This document shows positions 57,802 to 64,000 of a DNA stretch of 64,000 bases, one piece after another (positions within the stretch are counted from its first letter, which is position 1; each line of letters starts with the position of its first letter). The DNA is from Laetmonice hystrix (taxonomy: Eukaryota). Location: the NCBI GenBank assembly GCA_965235115.1, contig OZ249436.1:30876001-30940000 (forward strand). The letters run 5' to 3'. The translations under genes and the position numbers were made by a program. The notes below the pieces were generated by a model. It ran no database searches. It was not told where the DNA came from and saw only the letters and a program-made list of their open reading frames with translations.

Positions 57802-60763
57802 ACCAACCGTGTATTGTATACAGATGACCACTGAGAAAGGGGTCCCTCTCAGGTAGCTCTGTGACTTTCCTAATTAGAGCCGTCAATTGCATTAATTGAT
57901 TCCGTGACTATAAACGTGAATGGTAGGGCAGTGGGTGGATGGGTTACGGAGCAGGAGGGGGGGGGTTGGGGTGAGGGGGGGTATAATTTGCAGGGGGTAG
58001 GGGAATGACCGGAGGGACGGGGGGTAAATCAGTCGTGTACGTGAGATCCACCTGAGCGTGAACGCTCAACCGCTCGACCTGCTATTTTTTGGAACCCCCA
58101 ACCCCCACCCCCACTTGTCTCGCATCACCCCCACTTGTCTGGTACCGGCGCCCCATTAAGAATTCCCGTTAAATCCATGGCCAACTGTATGACATCTGGT
58201 CAGGCCGTCAGCCTGATTAACCTCATTCCTTTCATGAATGATTGTCTGGCCAGCAAATTGCCTCGTCTATTTTAAGGGTTCCCTTATCTTTTACTTCGAT
58301 ATCAGGAGAGAAAACTAGCAGGCACTGCACTTAGCTGACCTGTGCACTTGAAGCCAATCTGAGATCAAGTTGACAATCAGTTACAGTAGCGTGGTAGATA
58401 CAAGGTAATTACCGTAACTGAGCTTTTCAAGTCATGTTCCCTTTACAGGTGTAACGGTACAATAATTAGGTTATTTACTCGCTTACTTGTTTTTTACCTG
58501 ATTAGCTCTCCTTGATGTCGGTTTGAGGGTGGTCAGTTCCATACAGGTGACCACAGCTGTTCAGCTGACCAGGGACTGACCAAAGGGCACGTGTCCGAAC
58601 AATCGGTCTGTGGTCAGTGACCAGGGACCGTGAGAACCAATCATCACGCACTGTCCGCCGAATCCGGTCGGGTAGTTCCGTTAATTAATAACTCCACACC
58701 TCAGACCCACACCTAGCCATTCCCGACTTATTGATGACACGCTAAGTATGTTCTATTGTTGGCCTCGCTTTCTTGGCAGTTTTTTATTTTGTTAAATGAA
58801 GTTCCGAATCTCCCACGGGTTTAGAAAAAAAGTTTAGAGGACGTGATAGTTGACCTTCAAGACGAAAGTTAAACCACTTTGTGCAGCTTTTTGTTTCATC
58901 ACCGTGAAAACATTTTCTCTGTACAGACTTAAGTAGCGTTCTGCGCTCAAGGAGTGAACATAAATGGTCGTTTCGGTCGATTATAGATTCTGTAATTGTA
59001 ACAGGCACCCTGACAAAAGTCCATCAGTTCATCGATTTCTGGGAAGTTCGCTCGGTTAAATTTCAGACTGATCGATAAAAGGGAAATCCGATTCAATTTG
59101 TCTGTAGCTGATCAACCAGCTATCTATAGACGGGCTGGTTAATAATTAAGCACCTGTGAAAAGTACATGATCTTTACACATTTCAGGGGTTCATTATCAT
59201 CACTCATTATCGTCGCTGCCATTAATGACGTCATCATCATTATCATCATCTATCGTCATCATCAATGTCAAGCCCTTGAGGCTCGAGGAACAATATGGTA
59301 TGTTATACCTACTTACCTGTAGGTGGAGTATAGAGCCTGTGAAAACATGTGAAAAGTTTGCAATATATAGAACATTATATATAATACTAATCAGCTAAAG
59401 TGAAAAGACTGTAAATGTATCAAATGACATAGGGAGCTGACAATTTAGTGTATTTGGTCACTGTTGAAAACCTCCGATTATATTCGTTACACTTCTGTTT
59501 CATATGAAGATTGAACACGTGGCCATACTTGATGGGCATTGGGTGTGAAGGTGGGATGACTGGGGTGGAAGTCGGTGCTGTTCAGGTGTTCCGGGACAGA
59601 CACTTGGTGCCTATAGCCGGGGGCAGTCAGGGAACATCTGGTTTGTGGTGAGAATATCAGACTGATTAGACGGCTAGTCACCTGGAGTCATCCTTTAAGA
59701 GTGAGAGTGGTAACTGGCACGTGTCAATCAGCTCATGCTACCTGTAGTACGCGTGCTGGTGTGTGGAAGCTACCCAAGGATTACTACCCTGTGGTAGGAG
59801 TCCAAATTGATTAATGACCTTAATGATGGATTGTAATTATAGGACTCGAGTCGCAGATGATTACATAGGGAGTGATTACACCTCATATGACTGTAATTAT
59901 TGAGATTATTGCGTCACGGTGCTCTTGTCTTGCAGACCAGCAAATGGCAAAATTAGGAAACATACCGTCCTTTTAACAAGACTGGTCACACATAATGTTC
60001 TCAAGAATTCTGTTTCACAGAAAAAGAGAGCATTTATTTTGTAAAAGGCGGCTGGTCTGAGAGATATGTCCATTGGAGTGTTGTCGTCATGCGGCTGATG
60101 TTATTAATATGATAAGATTATACCAATTAGAAACACTTCTTTGATTAGCAGCGTTTTAATTTGACTACAAGTACTGATACCAGGATAATGAAGGCTGTCT
60201 TAATTACTCGCCTCACTGAAGATAATTACACAATAGTGCCAAGTATTTATTATGATAATTTTTCTGGTTATTTCATCTTTCTTTGTCCCAGTATAATGTT
60301 TAGTACTAGATGGGATTCACGTCCAATTCTGTCATGAAGGTGTCCACAAAATACGGTCCTACTTTGAATGAAACTAGATCTGAAATAAATAATGGGTTCC
60401 ACTGATTAAAGTCACACCCTGCACTTTCATTATTTTTACCCAGTAATAGGCATAAAATCATATTTGTAGCCATACAAAGTGTGGTTCAGTGAGGTTTGTT
60501 ATAACAAGGTTGTAAAGGTTCTGCTTAATTTCACATTGCCAATCCCTCACCGCTGTGAAGGTCCCTGAGGGAAAAGATCATTTCAGGTGGTATTCCCATC
60601 TGAAATGATCGCCGCACGATCGTTAAGGATTGAAAATGTAATCTGTGCTAGCAGGTCGGATCGGTTTCACCTCCATTCGGTTCATTGTGGCCTGGAGGAG
60701 ACAGTATTAGTGTAGTTTGGCGATAAGATGAGCTCTTGAACGTGGCTCGGGCGGAGTGGACGC

Positions 60764-60794
60764 TGACCATGGTCAGAGGTCATGTCAAAGGTCA
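60764..60794. promoter_or_regulatory. Cluster of overlapping nuclear-receptor half-sites
   Basis: TGACCA-TGGTCA-g-AGGTCA-tgtcaa-AGGTCA: two perfect AGGTCA, DR1-like pairs and a CAAAGGTCA core in 31 bp. Confidence 0.45.
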
Positions 60795-63700
60795 TCGGTT
60801 TTAAATCATAAACCGCCGAACCGATTCGCCCAGGGCGGACATTATTCGGCGATCGTAGCTCGGTTACACGCGATTAATTACGTGAACGGACAGTGTTACG
60901 GACAACGATCTCTTGTTAATCGACGGGATTCATTTATGCTCATTTTAGCTGACAAACATTGAAAGTGGAGAAAACAGTTGAGAGGAGTATCTCAAAATTA
61001 TTATACCGGACACTTCTTCCAGGCGTACGAAGGATATAATAAACAGGTGATATCAGTTTTGGTTTGTGCGGACATGTCAATATGACGTGTCGTGGATATT
61101 GTACGGTCAGACCGGCGGCGGCGGTGATTCGCTCTGTCGTCTCCATGACAACCACAGTTTGATCATTGCGTCTCGTCGTCACCTCCTCCTGTTGTGGTCA
61201 GTCTGCCCAAAGGCTCCAGGAATCTGATTTAAATGCCTTCTCTGACCCCTTCATGTGAACCCCAGTCAGAGGAATACCAGCGCCATAGCTGTGCCGTGTT
61301 CAGTTTCCCGACGCTCGCATTTGGCAATATTCGCAGGTAATTGATGACGGGGCCCAATCCGGGCGGGGTCCGCCCTTACCCTTAGAGCATGGCAGGCGGT
61401 GAAGATGATGAATGTCGGCACATCTTACTCTTATCTTTGACTCCCAGGGGGAATTTCACCGCGGGAATGCCAGAACTGTGCCCCCACGGCCAGGTCAGGT
61501 GGACCAGGCATGTTAAAGAACCCTCGGGTGACCTTGAAACGACCACTGACGATATACCGGCGTTGATAAGAGAAACAAGATTCACAGAACATCATGAGCT
61601 TAAGATCTTCTTACACAGCCATCAGGTCAAATAATCCTTTGTAATGATTCAGATGGTAAGATCAAATGAAGCGGTTTGATTAATTGAATTAGACTTAATT
61701 ACATCCTAATTTGTTATTTTGCCCCTCTGTAGAAAAATACAAAATTTTCTTCCTCACTTCTCTTCTATTTCTTTTATTCATTCAAATTGCATTAATCTTG
61801 CCTCGTAACAAAGTGTAAGAAATATGGAGAATACAGTTTTCTTTCCAATCTTTTTCTTTAAGAATAATTTGAAATGATATTAATTTTCTGTTTGACGAAT
61901 ACAAAAACCATAAATTCAATTTCCTTTTTCCACAGATTCATTACCTTACCGTAATTTTTATTGCCATTTTGTCCAGCGAGTCGTTTTCTCGAATTCCCAA
62001 AAGTTACATTTCTGTAAATATAGTTAGCAAACCAATAACTGAGCCATTTAGTTTGTTTCTCAGTTATTCTAAACAATTCATCTATTAGCTGGTCTGTCGT
62101 TATGTCACAGAGCAACGCGTTATACAGAAGCAATAGAAATACTTTATAGCGCACGAAGCCAATATTTTGTGCACGCCTTGCCTTATTCAAATTATCTTTT
62201 TGAGGAACCTGGTAAGTACCTCTTCCCTAAATTGAACTTTTTCCGAAAAAAAGAGAGAAAAAGCACGATGTCATTTACTTTTTCTTAACTTCTCATCAGG
62301 AGTTCATTTTGATAACGAGAACCCCAAAGTTCAAGAAATCAGGTTAGTGGCTCGCTGGATTGCTGCAAATGACCATTAAATACGTCCATTCATATAATTG
62401 CCCATTATGCCAAATTAAACAATGTCAACAATGCATTATATATGTGTGTGTGGGGGGGGAGCAAACTAAAAAAAAATCAATATTTGATCTAGTTTATTTG
62501 AAATGACGTTAATTCTCCTATGAAATACAGAATTTACAACTTAAAATCGCCGATGGTGGGCAGGGGTTATGAAGAAAACGTTCTATGTAATGCTCAGTTA
62601 CAGCTTGCTGTGATTCTATTCTCAGTAGTTTCACGTTTAATTGATTTTCTAATTAGCTAAAAGCTGATATCAGACCCCTCAACTCTTTGCAGGTGGTGTG
62701 GCCACATGCAGCACAAGCATTATGTATGCCAGCCATTATTCCATGCTCGATGATGCCATGACTAAAGTAAAACTGATATTGGTTTTTATGGTGTCGCGTC
62801 ACCAGCAGAATGTTGCATGTTAAAATCCCCCATCCATGTCATATTAATCTCTTGACCTTATCAGGGAGGGGCCCACGTCGTGAAACCTGGGAGTGCTGTG
62901 AACATGGCTTGAGCTCGAGCTGAGATCAGAGTTATGGTGGGTGATCGTGGCAGATAACCGTCATGGCAATGACTGTACATGCCGGCTATACCACCAGGCC
63001 ACCGCTTCCAGGTTGCTGCTCCATACCAGCTTACTGCGCAGTTACCTTCCGCAAACCACATGTGACCTGAGCAGGAAGGTCAAGGACCATTGCGGTAACA
63101 GACGTCTTGATTAATTGCGTCTCATCTCTTTTGTGTTTGCATGCAGCTTACCGCATTGGACCCTCCTCCCCCTCCCTCCCTCCCTGCCCCCCCCCCTGCC
63201 CCCCCCCTCCCTCCCTCCCAACAAGCCGGACGTTATACTTTGCCAACTTTCCCAGGGACCAAAGGCAAGATTCTGAGGTGGGCGCGTTGCTCTATAACAT
63301 TGTATTGTCCATCGTATCGATGTATAGCAGCGCCAGATCGTAGACGTGGTTGTGTGGAGCTAGAACCAGACAGTGTGCAAACAATGCTTGAGTCATGAGA
63401 TAAACTTCCATCGCCAATACAGAGATAGATAAACTTTCCCTTTCTTTGTCTTTGTATGGGTACTCGATCAGGTAATTTTAAACTTTCGGTATGGAACAGG
63501 AAGATTATCCGTGTGGTCATGATCTTTCGGATAGCCAGCTGACTGAGTGATTCAGCTTTGAACGTTGCCTTTATTCATGTTTTTACTCGTAATACGTATG
63601 TAATCAGACACAATATGTCGTTCAGATATCGATGGCTGAGGCAAGAGTGTGTTTACATAACCCGTGAACGATCCCATATAAAAGGCCAAGCTGTGATCAC

Positions 63701-64000
63701 TCACAAATACCAAAATCTTCACTCAAATTCGTCCCTACCAAGGTGGACTGAAGTGGAATCGAACTGTTTTATTTCCATCCGGGTTACATGTCACTCAATA
63801 TATATATATCCAAACAATATCTTTTGCTATAGCGGTTTTAATATGGGATTCGTGTGTCACCATTATTCCAGACCTTTCCTCGGGTCGTGTTTTAACGTGT
63901 CCATTACAGAAACCACTAACCGCATTGACGACCATGAATAACCACAAACCTTTCTGGAAACCTGTTTGAAATTATGATCTGTCATTACAGTGACGATAAA

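Noticed and set aside
57930-57975. GWVTEQEGGGW as BH2
   Set aside because: Generated by poly-G tracts; no splice context.

Overview
Eukaryotic (metazoan) genomic DNA, roughly 40% GC, with GT-AG spliceosomal introns, many short non-autonomous DNA transposons and three minisatellites. The style suggests an invertebrate such as amphioxus (Branchiostoma), but that is inference only. No prokaryotic genes, CRISPR array, rRNA or tRNA were seen. Recognisable coding content is confined to the first 18 kb: (1) a minus-strand exon encoding the start of a PWWP domain (239-338); (2) a complete prolyl 4-hydroxylase alpha-like gene whose whole 598-aa CDS lies in one exon (4278-6074, minus); (3) a plus-strand BCL-2-family gene with two coding exons (11818-12158 and 17721-17838) that splice in frame and encode a BH3 motif closely resembling that of BAD. 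The last two genes appear to share a compact bidirectional promoter at about 11.3-11.4 kb. The most striking observation is a perfect 20/20 p53-family response element (13349-13368) in the intron of the BH3 gene, for which I could find no BH1/BH2 exons in the remaining 46 kb. This may be a p53-inducible BH3-only or truncated apoptosis regulator. From 18 to 64 kb I found no convincing coding exon. That stretch holds clustered E-box/D-box, nuclear-receptor (DR1/DR2/DR5), TCF/Sox and CTCF-like motifs plus orphan promoter-like segments, consistent with the regulatory landscape of a gene whose coding exons lie outside the window. All motif calls and chance estimates were made by eye or by hand and are not database results.
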